Notes under the pieces: model-generated
The model's input: only the letters and a program-made list of their open reading frames with translations
What the model was told of the DNA's origin: nothing
Databases searched by the model: none
In this document: positions 13,051 to 25,900 of the stretch, one piece after another
How the letters are laid out: every line of letters begins with the position of its first letter
Position numbering within the stretch: position 1 is the stretch's first letter
Made by a program: the position numbers and the translations under genes
Assembly: GCF_031769215.1 (NCBI RefSeq)
Contig: NW_026781895.1
Location: 62,001-126,000, forward strand
Reading direction: 5' to 3'
Length of the DNA stretch: 64,000 nt
From: Ylistrum balloti
Lineage: Eukaryota

Positions 13051-14591
13051 CAGTCAACTGAACATTACTACTAAACCAGCAAACAGATACAGCTAAAATC
13101 TTTATAATTCAATCTCGATCCTTGTGTAGAATGATGTCATACTGACCATATTTGAACATATATTTGTATGTTTTTTTTATTGTTTATCCGAGATATCTTC
13201 CTACATTCTGATACATCATCAAATCATTACTCCTTTCTTTGGTCAACCATCTTGTGCTCAAATTTATTTATCTTGGCAGTTGTCATCGTGCTTTTGCTCA
13301 TTATATGAAATTTGAAAATTCTTCTGACAAATAAGTGCAAATGGGCACAAGTAGGGTCAGAGGGAAAATGAAATCCAAGAAAGATCAATTCAGTATCCTT
13401 CCTTAGAAATAATAATGATAAACTTTCATAGTCAAAACTAAAGATGGCCATCTGTCAACCATTTTGCTTTTCTGGACAGTCCCATAATTAAAATACCAAC
13501 CAAATCGTAATTCATATCAACATAACAAAGATAAAATACATACATAGAGAAAATGCATTCAGACAAACCTGAAAAAGTACAAGCAGAAAAAGATCAGAAA
13601 TTCTCTCATCAACATGTGATGTAAATCTTAAGGTGAAACCATATTGTCAAGTTCTTCAATCTTTTGAATAGTCTTCATCAACTTTTATCCATAAAATCTT
13701 GTCATGATTTCTAATTCTGTTAAGGATGTCTATCAATGAACTCTTAATGTTTGGATCTTAAATACAAAATCATGATGTACTGTATGTTTTTATAAGCACC
13801 ATTAGACTGAAAGAGCTGGAATACATGGATTTTTATGGTTATCACAAGAAATGACAAAATTAAAAAAGGAAAACTAAACACACCAATATAAGTTTTGAAA
13901 GTTTTATTGATCATGAATATAGTGCACTGATCATATTCCATCCTGATTATGATTGTAAATCTTTCCCACAGTAACAAACTTTTCAGTTGTAATAAAAATT
14001 AGTTGCACAAGGCCAGGCAAAGTTGGTGGCAGTTTGTCGGAATTTAATGAGGTAAAACTATAATGTAAAGGTTTATATTTCCCAGCCCCCTCGCCGCCCC
14101 CCCCCCCCCCCCCTTAAAAAAACTGCACACACAGACACACACAACCCCTTGAAAATTATCAATATGAAAATTTAATCACAAGTTCATAACCACACTATGT
14201 ATTCATCAAGTTAATGAATATATAAAAATTGGTTAAGATTAGGGAGTTTTATTTTGTCCAATCTGTCTACAGGAAGACAATCTGATAGCAGCATACCCTA
14301 CCCCCTTGTTACAGCTTGGGTAATAACATTAGATGTTGTTTAATACTGCCAATCCTTGTTGAAATATTTACTACACATACTGCAATTATAAACGAATATA
14401 TGTTACATAACAGACTGCAACTTTATCAGTATTGTACAATATATCCAATGTTCTATGTAACTGGTAAACATTTGTGTATGTTTTCCCAAATTTATTTAGA
14501 GAATCTTTCAAGATTGCGCATTATTTTAAAAACCATGTTTCACAATATAGAAATCATACCATGGATGGAATTATAATTAGTCTGTATCCAT

Positions 14592-14767
14592 CAGGGTTTT
14601 CCATAATTTTGTTAGAAGTAGGCTGTGTAGTGAAAGTTGGAGGCTGGCCTGCCGTGTACGTGTAGTCGTGTACGGAACATTATTACGGAACTGGATTGGT
14701 GTAGGCCGCCAAATGATCAAAGTAGCCGGTCAAATTGGCCGGCAACCGGCTCTTATGGAAAACCCTG
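14592..14767. mobile_element. MITE, 176 bp, with 15-bp TIRs (CAGGG termini, hAT-like)
   Basis: CAGGGTTTTCCATAA (14592-14606) and TTATGGAAAACCCTG (14753-14767) are perfect inverted repeats, flanked by the direct repeat ATCCAT on both sides. Confidence 0.8.
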
Positions 14768-15123
14768 ATCCATGCCTCAATCTTTACTCAAGAAAAGGAC
14801 TTAAGTTGAAAAATAGCATCAAAAGATAGGATGAATACATACAAAAAAAAAAAACTCTTGTTTAAGTATCAGTTATAACAGTATATATATAAAGCATATA
14901 TACAGTATAAAAACTAAGTATAATTGTGCCAGTTCCCTAATATACATAGTTATGAATCACAAATACTTTATTCAATTATCAAAGTTGAGTTAAAAATCCA
15001 TCCAACATAATCTAAATCCTGGGATATATTGGATCTTAACACTATTTCACTGAACTAAGAAATGATAGGAAAAAGTTATTTTTAAATGTAAAACTAAAAA
15101 TTAACTAAAATGTACCTATATAA

Positions 15124-16512
15124 TTAATTTTGAGATTCATCAGTAGTCTTTGCTACATCCACAATGAGAGGTTCGTGTCCAGTATGCTGGAGGAAAGCTT
15201 GAATTCCTGCTGAGCTGATGGCAGTGGATGCTGAGTTCACCATTGGATGGAAGTAGATTTTGGTGTAGGAACCATCCAATAGCTGTCGGTCCAATACTAA
15301 TGTCACATCCTTAGCATGGTCATTGATGAGCCCAAACAATGTCACTGAGCCTTGTGTTAAACCCAGCTTTTCTTCCAACACTGACTCATCTGCAAACCGT
15401 AGGCCTCCGGAGGCACCAGACAACTTAGCAAGATCATTTAATTTGATATCAGCATCATGTGGAGCACAAAACAAATACAACTTCTTCTTCTTACTCCGCA
15501 GGAACAAATTCTTGGCAAACATACCTTCAAGGTGTGAGACATGGGGTAGTGCCTCTTCAACTGTAAATACCTGTAAACAAATAGACCAAAAATCAAGTTC
15601 TTGTGATGAATCAAAATTAATTTCCAAACTGAAAAACAACAAAAATTTCAATAAATATCCATAGAGTAGAAATTTCCCTCATCGCAGTGATTCAGAAGAT
15701 CAGAAAAAGTTATTGCATTTTTGTCAATGAAATTTCAGAAACTGTAATGTATCACCACTGATTGCAGTAGAAAGGATGTGTTTGTCTTTTTTCTTTTGTT
15801 TTTAAGAGAAGGTGATTTATATTCACTGCACTGAAATTGTCATTTCAGATGTAAATGAAGTGATTTTATTAATAATCATTAGGTACATGAATAATGATGG
15901 CTACAACAATGTACTTCAGCCCCAATACACACTGTATATCCATTTCATTAAACACAAATTGGCTTGACTGCTTTCTATACAATATACTACCTAGTATATG
16001 TACATCTACACCTTAAGCGACCTCCTCCAACAATATACTGATGATTGTGTCAATATAAAGGATGGGAGAGATCATACAGATTCGTCAAAAACCCGGAGAG
16101 TCCGGTGAGAAGTGATCCAATATTCCTGTATAAAGTATGATTTACATTTGTATAACTAGAAGTTGAGAGTTCCGGTCACTTTTTAAGCGAGTTTTGGAAA
16201 TTTCCCTGTGGTTGAGCGCTAGAGACCGAAGTATCGCTAGTTCGAACCAGAAACGTATATATCACGTTCTGTTCGAACCAAAGTGGTAGAAGTTTGTTTT
16301 AAATTTTATTACTACTTCTTATTGTATAACAATTGTTAAAATTACCTCCCTTGTCTGGAATCAACATTACACGTTTCTGTTTATAACGCACATTTGTTAG
16401 ATCTAAAGATGCATACCTCCGGGTGTTCAATGGTCGTGCTTTCAATGCTCAATTCCTCTAACTTCTTCAGCAGCCCTTCCCTGCCTACTTTCACTTTCGA
16501 CACGTTCGCCAT
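15124..16512 (-). CDS. PRORSD1: Prolyl-tRNA synthetase associated domain-containing protein 1 (ProXp-ala/YbaK-like), 2 exons, 180 aa
   Basis: Exon 1 is 16512-16417 (MANVSKVKVG...TIEHPE, donor GTATGC). Exon 2 is 15570-15124 (acceptor TTTACAG; VFTVEEALPH...AKNLFLRSKKKK...LRFA...GSVTLFGLIND...FHPMVNSAS). The phase-0 join is in frame and YbaK/ProX motifs are present. Confidence 0.92.
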
Positions 16513-16950
16513 CGTTTTACTTCTCTCGATTCGGTGAAAATACCAGTACACGTAGCTGACTTTTCTCCTCTTCCTCCTCATATAAGTACATTTACCTTAC
16601 AGGTTACTCAGGTAGTCCAAATACCTGCCACAAAGCAAAGTCGACGATAAAAAAAATCTCGCCATGCATCGCTTGTAAGAGTCGGCACATAAAGGAACCA
16701 TGCAAACGTCCTATCTCCTGAACGTTTTAACGCAAGGAGTTGTGGCCCTGTAAGCAGTAAGCATTACAATTAAAAACGTAAACGGACCGTAACATTACTG
16801 GCGTGCGGCGGTGAAGTAGGGTACTCATAAGACAACACACCAAGAGTCTTGTCAGAAGTGTCTTGGCATTTTAAGCATATCGTAAGCTTTAAAACGTTGT
16901 CATCAGAAAATTCTGCTTCCTACCTGGCTATAGGTAGTTGACAATTAGTC
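16513..16950. promoter_or_regulatory. Putative bidirectional promoter between PRORSD1 and CPQ
   Basis: Divergent ATGs at 16512 (-) and 16951 (+, tentative CPQ start), with a locally GC-richer, CpG-containing spacer. Confidence 0.55.
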
Positions 16951-19900
16951 ATGTTGCTATTCTGGAGAGCGTTACACTTTCTCACTATTTACGGTAAGTT
17001 GGTGGTAATTGTTATATAAATATTATGTATGTATAAAATAACAACTGATAAATTATTAAATGAACTTTGACCTGTACAAGTGAGCAGCCCATGTGACATG
17101 CATACTCGGACAGTATTTTATACATATATATCCATTAATTGGCACAACTTTACAATGCTTCAAGATTTTAATGGGAAAAAAATGCCACATTTATTCAAAC
17201 TGATAAACAATTAACACTTTAACAAGTGACCTTTGTTGACCCATATATAGAACTTTCACAAAACTTAGTTAATTATTATGACGTCTTCAAATTTATTGAA
17301 CAGCACAGAATTAATGAACAGTTTGATATATATTTTGCCTGTCATGTGGTGATCCATATATTGACCTTTGAATTTCTATTGTTTGGGGATGTGCTTATGG
17401 AAAGAATTCTACATAGATTATTTACATGTTGATGACCAATTTGACCGGTGACCTTTCATGACATAAATATTGTCTTATTACATGACTGTTTATTGCAACT
17501 TGTGAAATGCAACATAAACAACACGGAAAGTGGGTGATACTCGGAGCAGTTTTCCGCTATTTGAGAACAGTATGGTGCAATATATTTAATATTATTTAAT
17601 ATGATACATGATGAACGCAGGCATTAAGCCTGTATGTTAATATCAATGAATAATATAATAATAATATAAGTATGTGTACATAACTTCTGATGCAATTTCA
17701 AAGAGGATCAAGTTAGCAGCTTATTGTAATATTTTCCGTAATAAACTATTTACGTTGTCCTTTAAAACGAAGGGAAAAGAGATTTAGTTCATACGATACA
17801 TATCATCTTTCAAGTGTTCATCAAGTTTGATTTCAAACTGTCTCACCGAGGTAGCATCTACCAAAGACTAGGGTAAGCTATTTCAAACTCAACTACCCTT
17901 TAGCTAAAAAGTTTCCTCTGACTTCCAATCGGCACCGTTTCTTTAAAAAACGATGGGAATGGCCCCTTGTTCTGTCCGTGTTATCCATTTGGAAAAGGTT
18001 TCCTGTTACTCTCTCATCGACAAAATGATCATAATCTTAAATACATTGGTCATATCCCACATAGCCTTCGGTATTTAGCATTGGACAACGCAGAATTTCC
18101 AGTCTCACAGAGTATGAAAAATCTTTGAATCCGGCAATAAGTTTAGTCGCTCTTCGCTGGCAGCATATTCCAGATGAGGTCTTACTAAAGCCTTAAACAA
18201 CATCGTTAACATGGTTGCATCGAGGTACATGAAAGTTCTTCTAATCAAACCTGTGATACTGTTAGCTTTATTTACGGCTTGTTGTATATGTACCCAGTAA
18301 TTAAGCTCTTCATCAATGACTATTCCGAGATCGTTTTCAGATGAGGTGTTTTCTAGTTGTATTCTCTCTCCTGTTCCTCCTAACATATCATAATGTCTCT
18401 TCTCTTTGGCCCTTATAGAAATTACATTGCACTTGTTTGGGTGAAACTTCAATAACCATTGATCTGGCCATTTCTGAAGGTTATCGAGATTGCTCTGTAA
18501 CAAATTCTTGTCGTCATCATTTCTAATTTCCCTGTAAAGTTTTGTATCATTTGCAAACAGTGGAGATGGTGATATAGGCACTTCTGGAAGATCATATATG
18601 TAAACAACAAATAATATTAGGCCTAACACGTTTCCCTGTGGAATACCGCTTAAAACAGGAAAGGTACTTGATGACTCTCCATTTACTATTTCTGCTTCCT
18701 GTTGCTAAGAAAATGAAGTATCCAGTTAATAACTTGGTCACTGATACCATAACCAGCTAGCTTCTTCAAAAGACGTTGATGAGACACTTTATCAAAGGCC
18801 TTCATGAAGTCAATTTATATTATATCAAGTTGACCTCCATTATCAATAGTTTCCATCCTCTCTTCTAATACCGTGAGAAGTTGTAATTGTGTTGATCTTC
18901 CCGCCACAAAACCAAACTGCCTATTATTAAGAAAACCGTTTCTGTCCATGTGATTAACAATGCTATCTCTAACTATTTTTTCTAGAATTTTACCAATAAC
19001 ACTAATTTGCTCTAGTTAAACCAACTGACCGATATGCATATATCATGTACATGTATTGATAATGATGATATATTTTACATCAATATTGACAGAAATACAT
19101 GTACATTGTACCTTAAAAGATAATGATATCTAATAAATTTTAAATTGCATTGGCCAGGGGTCCGGAAAAACACTTGTTCAGTCATCATGGATGAGTAAAA
19201 ATTGTCTCGGACAACCAGATTTATCTTTGTCAGTCGTCCGTTGGACGAGTATTTTTTTCCAATGATATTAATGTTACAACTTAAATTTCAATAAAAATGT
19301 AAAGAAAATTCAAAACAAAGAAACATGTTTACGGTACTTTGAAAACAAAATATTCCAGTCTTTACTCTAACTTTTGATTACACCGGAACTCACATGATGT
19401 CAAATATAGCATTCGGAATACCTTAGTAATTTTCCCGCGGTCATACGGATGTCAGGTGCTCTCGTTCTTAACAGCACCTAGTCAGTCGGATGTAAACAAA
19501 CACTACGCCTAGGCCTAAGTCGCGCACAATGTCTGATGCAAAGCAGCCATCACTGCATAGTTTTTTCACTAAAACTACAAAAAAATATATATATAGAAAA
19601 AAGTCACATGTCACATCCTCGCTGATTAAGTCGCCATTTCATAGCTGAATTTGGACGAGTAAATTTTTCATCCCACCAGTCCTGTGCTTAGTGGTTTAAA
19701 ATATTTTCTAGACCCCTGATTTGGCATGGTGAAAAGTATCACATACCTTTAAAAGCTTGCATGCTGAACCAATTTCAATAAACCATTGTATTACATATAG
19801 GTCATACGAATATGAAAATATTAATCAGTACATTGTTATCAATTAATGCTCCATTTCCATCCTGCAACTTTATGAAAAGAAATGCAACCGACTTACTTTG

Positions 19901-22900
19901 CAGAACACTTAATTCTACAGTGGTGAATTAATTTTGTTAATAGTTAATGAAATCTCTTATTGTCCTCTAAAATCAACAAAGGTTTAACTATAATATTCAC
20001 CTTAGACATGACACTGTGTAATGGTAATGCATCAAAACAGATTGAAACCTAAATTTGCTAATAATTTTTAACGAAATCCACAAATCAATTAGCGCCCTTT
20101 TGACCGTAACTGAAGTACAGTCTCCAACTGGTCTGTATATAGCAGCAACTGTTTGGCTAAAACCTTATAGAAGGGTCTGATGTTTTGGTTTAAGTTCATT
20201 ATAATTAGTAGATAGCAACTGAGGTTCTGAGAGCTGATGATGCTGTGTTCTATTTACAGTAATCAATTTTCCCAGTTTGTCCTTTGGTGCCACCCTCAAG
20301 TTTGAAAGATCAGAGGTCATTGGGGATATCTTTAACTTATCCCCTAGAGGATGGTTACCAGGAAACAAAGAGCGCCCTCTGGAGGACTGGCAACAAGAGA
20401 TAGAGGGATATAGAGGTGAGAAACATATTAGGAGGAAAATGTGTTAAGGTCAAAGGTGGAAATTTTGATAATCTTAAGTAGATATGTTAACCTCATTCTT
20501 GATATTACACAGATCCTGTGTGAGATATGGGCTGGTATTACAGAAGTCTTGATGTTATATAAAACTCATATAAAGTTCATTAATGATTTCACATATTACA
20601 TATGCTTGTAGTGCTTGGGACCTTCGACAATATACATCAGCAAGGTACAGCTGTAAACCTATTGCAAGCATCATATGCACTCACCTTGCATACATTTGAA
20701 AGCTGTCCTTAATGACCCTTGCTGTTGATAGGACATAAAACAATATGGATTACAACCAATGTATGCAGATGTGTTGATAGTAATGGTAACATGATTGTGT
20801 AATGATGTACCTATGTTACAAGGCATTGCTGACCAGATCATAGAAAGGTCCATGCGAGGCCCAGCTGCTAACCAGTCTTATGACAGACTAGCTACATTTG
20901 TGGACAAATTTGGATATCGACTTGTTGGAACCCAAAACCTGGAGGATTCTATAGGTTTTTCTCTAATTCCATTCTAATATGTCTGATTGTTTTAATCAAA
21001 TTATTGACAGTTAATTTCATTAACAGATATGTCACTGACATAAATTATATGTTGAACATGATTGTATGACCCAAAGAATAAATTTATTCATAATCCTGTT
21101 TTACCAATACACAACTAAGCAGATGCTTTAAGTATTGAGAATACAAGGCTTCACTTCATTTAGTGAATATTTAAATAGTCACATTCTTCAGCTGATCATT
21201 TCTCATTAGTTCACTAGCCCTTATGCATCATGATGGGAAATCATCCATGTATTTTTTCCATTAAGAATAAAACTATACCTGTCCAAAATAGCAGAATAGA
21301 TTTTAACTAGAGGAGTTCATAAAGGACTTTTGTTCATATCTCAGAATAGCAGAATAGATTTTAACTAGAGGAGTTCATAAAGGACTTTGGTTCATATCTC
21401 AGAATAGCAGAATAGATTTTAACTAGAGGAGTTCATAAAGGACTTTTGTTCATATCTCAGAATAGCAGAATAGATTTTAACTAGAGGAGTTCATAAAGGA
21501 CTTTTGTTCTATCTCAGAATAGCAGAATAGATTTTAACTAGAGGAGTTCATAAAGGACTTTTGTTCATATCTCAGAATAGCAGAATAGATTTTAACTAGA
21601 GGAGTTCATAAAGGACTTTTGTTCATATCTCAGAATAGCAGAATAGATTTTAACTAGAGGAGTTCATAAAGGACTTTTGTTCATATCTCAGAATAGCAGA
21701 ATAGATTTTAACTAGAGGAGTTCATAAAGGACTTTTGTTCATATCAGAATAGCAGAATAGATTTTAACTAGAGGAGTTCATAAAGGACTTTTGTTCATAT
21801 CTCAGAATAGCAGAATAGATTTTAACTAGAGGAGTTCATAAAGGACTTTTGTTCATATCTCAGAATAGCAGAATAGATTTTAACTAGAGGAGTTCATAAA
21901 GGACTTTTGTTCATATCTCAGAATAAGAGGATCTTCAAATACCCAGGTATACACATCATTTTCAGCTATTTCAATCTGAAATAGGATTTTTAAATACCCA
22001 AGTATATCATAGTCTTTGGCATTTTCAGTCTGAAATTGATGAAAAAGGATCATCACTTACCTTGTTTAGAAAACAGTTTTCAATATATAAGAATATATAG
22101 CAATCATTTGCCTGTACAGAAATGATAGAAATTCTTGCACTTTTTTACTTTCGGGCCTGACACCTTAGTTTGATTATAGCACATACCATTTTCACTGAAA
22201 CTTTCTGTGCTAGATGTGATTTGAAGCTGACAGTGATTAAAAACGTTCCATTTTACTTCATTTTTACAGATTACTTACTGGAAAAACTGAAAGAAGATGG
22301 GCTGGAAAATGTTCATGGAGAAGATGCCATAGTAAGAGAAACTGAAATAAACACATCACTCAATTTATTGTAGTTGTGATGTTGTATATGTATGTACAAC
22401 TGTAAAGTGTAACATACTGTATCATACTGTAACACACTGTATAATACTGTAACACATTGTATCATACTGTAACACACTGTATCATACTGTAACACATTGT
22501 ATCATACTGTAACACACTGTATAATACTGTAACACATTGTATCATACTGTAACACACTGTATAATACTGTAACACATTGTATCATACTGTAACACACTGT
22601 ATAATACTGTAACACATTGTATCATACTGTAACACACTGTATCATACTGTAACATACTGTATAATACTGTAACACATTGTATCATACTGTAACACATTGT
22701 ATCATACTGTAACACACTGTATCATACTGTAACACATTGTATCATACTGTAACACACTGTATCATACTGTAACACATTGTATCATACTGTAACACATTGT
22801 ATCATACTGCAACACATTGTATAATACTGTAACACATTGTATAATACTGTAACACATTGTATCTTACTGTAACATACTGTAATATACTGTAACACATTGT

Positions 22901-25900
22901 ATCATACTGTAACACATTGTATTTCACTGTAACACTTTGTATCATACTGTAACATACTGTATCATACTGTAACACATTGTATAATACTGTAACACGTTGT
23001 ATCATATTGTATTACACTAGGTGTGATGAGAGGAGTCAACAGTGATGCTCTGATGGAATATAGTTTTGATGTTACAGGTGCCTCATTGGGTGCGAGGAAA
23101 GGAGTCAGCAGAAATGCTGTCACCAAGAAGAAAGAAACTTGCACTTCTTGGCCTTGGCTCCAGTGTTGGAACTCCTGAAGAAGGTATACAATCAGAGGTC
23201 ATCGTAGTAAGGTCATGGGATGACCTTGATCAACATTCAAAGCAGGTAAGGATAAGGTGTGACCGTAGATTTCAGAGGTTTTGATGGATAAATCCCCTGA
23301 AAAATTGTTTTAATTGTATCCACAGTTATCACAGAGATTGGAGCAAGGGGTAGACCTTTGTCTGTAGTCATTAGGACAAGGAATTATAATTAAAATCGGT
23401 GCTTAAAGTGCTGTTACATTTTCATATCTTGGGAAAATTTGTAATTTGTTTTGAAAAGTGAACATGACATTGTAAAAATAAGTTATACATTTACTGACAA
23501 CAAGTTATATTATTTCTCTCATAGACTTTTCTAAAAAATGATAATGAACACTAATGAACATATTTAATTTATTGCTTATATTTCTTACTCAAAATGTAAG
23601 TCAAATTACTTGTTTTAAATCTACTGTATATGAGTTCAGTTTCATTTCTATATGGAAATGCAGAATTTTAGAATTTTGCAGAAATTTATAGTAAGAATTT
23701 TCCTTTCTTTTCAATTGTGTGAATAAAAATGATATTATACTGAACTTTCATTTGGACTTTTAAAATCTTGATACCCAGATGTAAAAGCAGTTAATGTCAG
23801 TATTCCATGTAGTTGTGATTGTACACCTGGATTTTATTTTAGCTCACCTGGTCCAAAGGATCTATGAGTTTATGGCATGGCTACTGGTCATGAACAACTC
23901 ATCAGATTTTGACCAAATTTGGTCAGAAGCATCCTTGGATGAGGGGGAACAAAGTTTGTGTTGGCATTGCTTCTCAGCCCCCCCCCCAAGGGACTGAGCG
24001 GTTGGGCTCAAAATGGGAAATTTTTCAAGCTCTTTAAAATTCTACACCTGTAGGAATGAATGGATATTGCCAACATTTCATCTGAAGCATTCGTCAGTAA
24101 AAGGAAAGAAATATTTTATAAACAGTGGATTCTGGTCACCTGGTGCAGTGGGAAAATAAAGCAAATATTCCTTAAAGTCCTACTTAGGAATGGTTGGATT
24201 TTGCCTAAATGTGGTCAGAAGCATCCTTTCGTGAACGGAAGCGGTTCTTAAAAATCCTTCTTCCATACCAGGATATTGTCCAAGTTAGATCTGAAGCCAT
24301 TTTTATGAATAGTTAATCTGAGTTCTGTTTGACCTCAAGACTGAGAAATTCTTTGTTAAATGTCTGCATCGCAAAATTGGCCAGGTGAGCAATGAAGGCC
24401 CCTTGGACCTCTTGTTGTGATATCTAACAGTATTTTTATTTTGACATTTTGTCAGATTTGCCAGCATATGCCTTCTAATTCAGACTTGGCCCAAACTTCA
24501 GTGATGAAAGAAAAATGTAGTATGATTAATATAATCAAGACCAATTCTTATTTGAAAACAGCTATAGCTGTCATGGTAGGTGCAATGCTGAATAGCTGCT
24601 AATATCTAGATCTGATACGCTTACCTAAAAATCATTGATAATGTGAAATCATTTCCTTAAGGTGAAGGGAAAGATTGTGGTGTATAACCAGGAGTGGAAA
24701 GGTTACAGTAAGTCGGTAGACTACCGCAGTAATGGAGCATCCAGGGCAGCTGCTTACGGGGCAGTGGCGACACTGATACGCAGTGTCACCCCTCTATCCA
24801 TCAACAGTCCACATACTGGCATGCAGGTAAGATACAAAAAAAAATTTTCAGGCTTATAATCTCAGGTTATTGTTACACTGAAGACTTGTTTGTATCGAGT
24901 GAGTGCATCACTGACCTTCCTAATATGGAGTCAATTGGCTACAGGGTATATACAGAATTGACGTGATACAGAGCTACCTTACTCCATGGAGTCAATTGGC
25001 TACAGGGTATATACAGAATTGATGTGATACAGAGCTACCTTACTCCATGGAGTCAATTGGCTACAGGGTATATACAGAATTGACGTGATACAGAGCTACC
25101 TTACTCCATGGAGTCAATTGGCTACAGGGTATATACAGAATTGACGTGATACAGAGCTACCTTACTCCATGGAGTCAATTGGCTACAGGGTATATACTGA
25201 ATTGACTCCATACTGAGTTACCTTACTCAGTAAAATTAGTTGGCTATGCTTTATATATGCCATTGGCTCCATATTGATGTCCCTGACCTAGTGGACTTAA
25301 ATGGGTAAACTGTATACATGTGTATTTTTCTTTGTATCAAATGACCCCTGTATTAAATGACCTCTGTATCAACATGTGTATTTTTCTTTGTATCAAATGA
25401 CCCCTGTATTAAATGACCTCTGTATCAAATGACCCCTGTACTAAGGAGTCACATGTTTGTACTTACTGACACCCTTATATTTATAGCCATTTCTCTGTTC
25501 TTCATGACGTTACTGTTTTTTTTTTTTTTCCAATTGCCTTATCCATCAATTCAGGATTATACTGATGGTGTGAAGAAGATTCCAACAGCATGTATTACTG
25601 TTGAGGATGCTGAGATGATGGACCGAATGCAACAGCGAGGCAAGTCACAAACATGATTTTGTAACAAAGGAAATGCTTGTAATCAGCAGCCAATATTTTC
25701 CCACTCAGTAACCATCAGTTTCCTGTTTCTGTTTTGGATATCTTTATTTCTATGCTCTCGAAAAAAAATCCAAAATGTCTTTCCAGTTTGTAATCAAGGT
25801 TACCCATCTAACAGCTGCCTTAATTTCTTTAAGGATTTGGATTAAACATAGTGCAAAGATAGAGTAAGAGAATGCCTTGGATGAGTTGATGTTTTTGAGG

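Noticed and set aside
13200-13980. GPS/GAIN-like fragments (WLTDG, CAHL)
   Set aside because: Motif spacing is inconsistent with a GPS domain and all frames are interrupted.
16205-16290. tRNA- or SINE-like A/B boxes (TGGTTGAGCG ... GTTCGAACC) in the PRORSD1 intron
   Set aside because: I could not build a cloverleaf (no acceptor or anticodon stems), and GTTCGAACC occurs twice without matching structure.
20792-20794. In-frame TGA in CPQ as selenocysteine
   Set aside because: It is not at a catalytic Cys-equivalent position, CPQ is not a known selenoprotein, and no SECIS is recognisable after the stop.
20749-20803. [11 protein letters not shown] resembling a thyroglobulin type-1 motif
   Set aside because: An isolated short match bounded by stops, with the rest of the domain absent.
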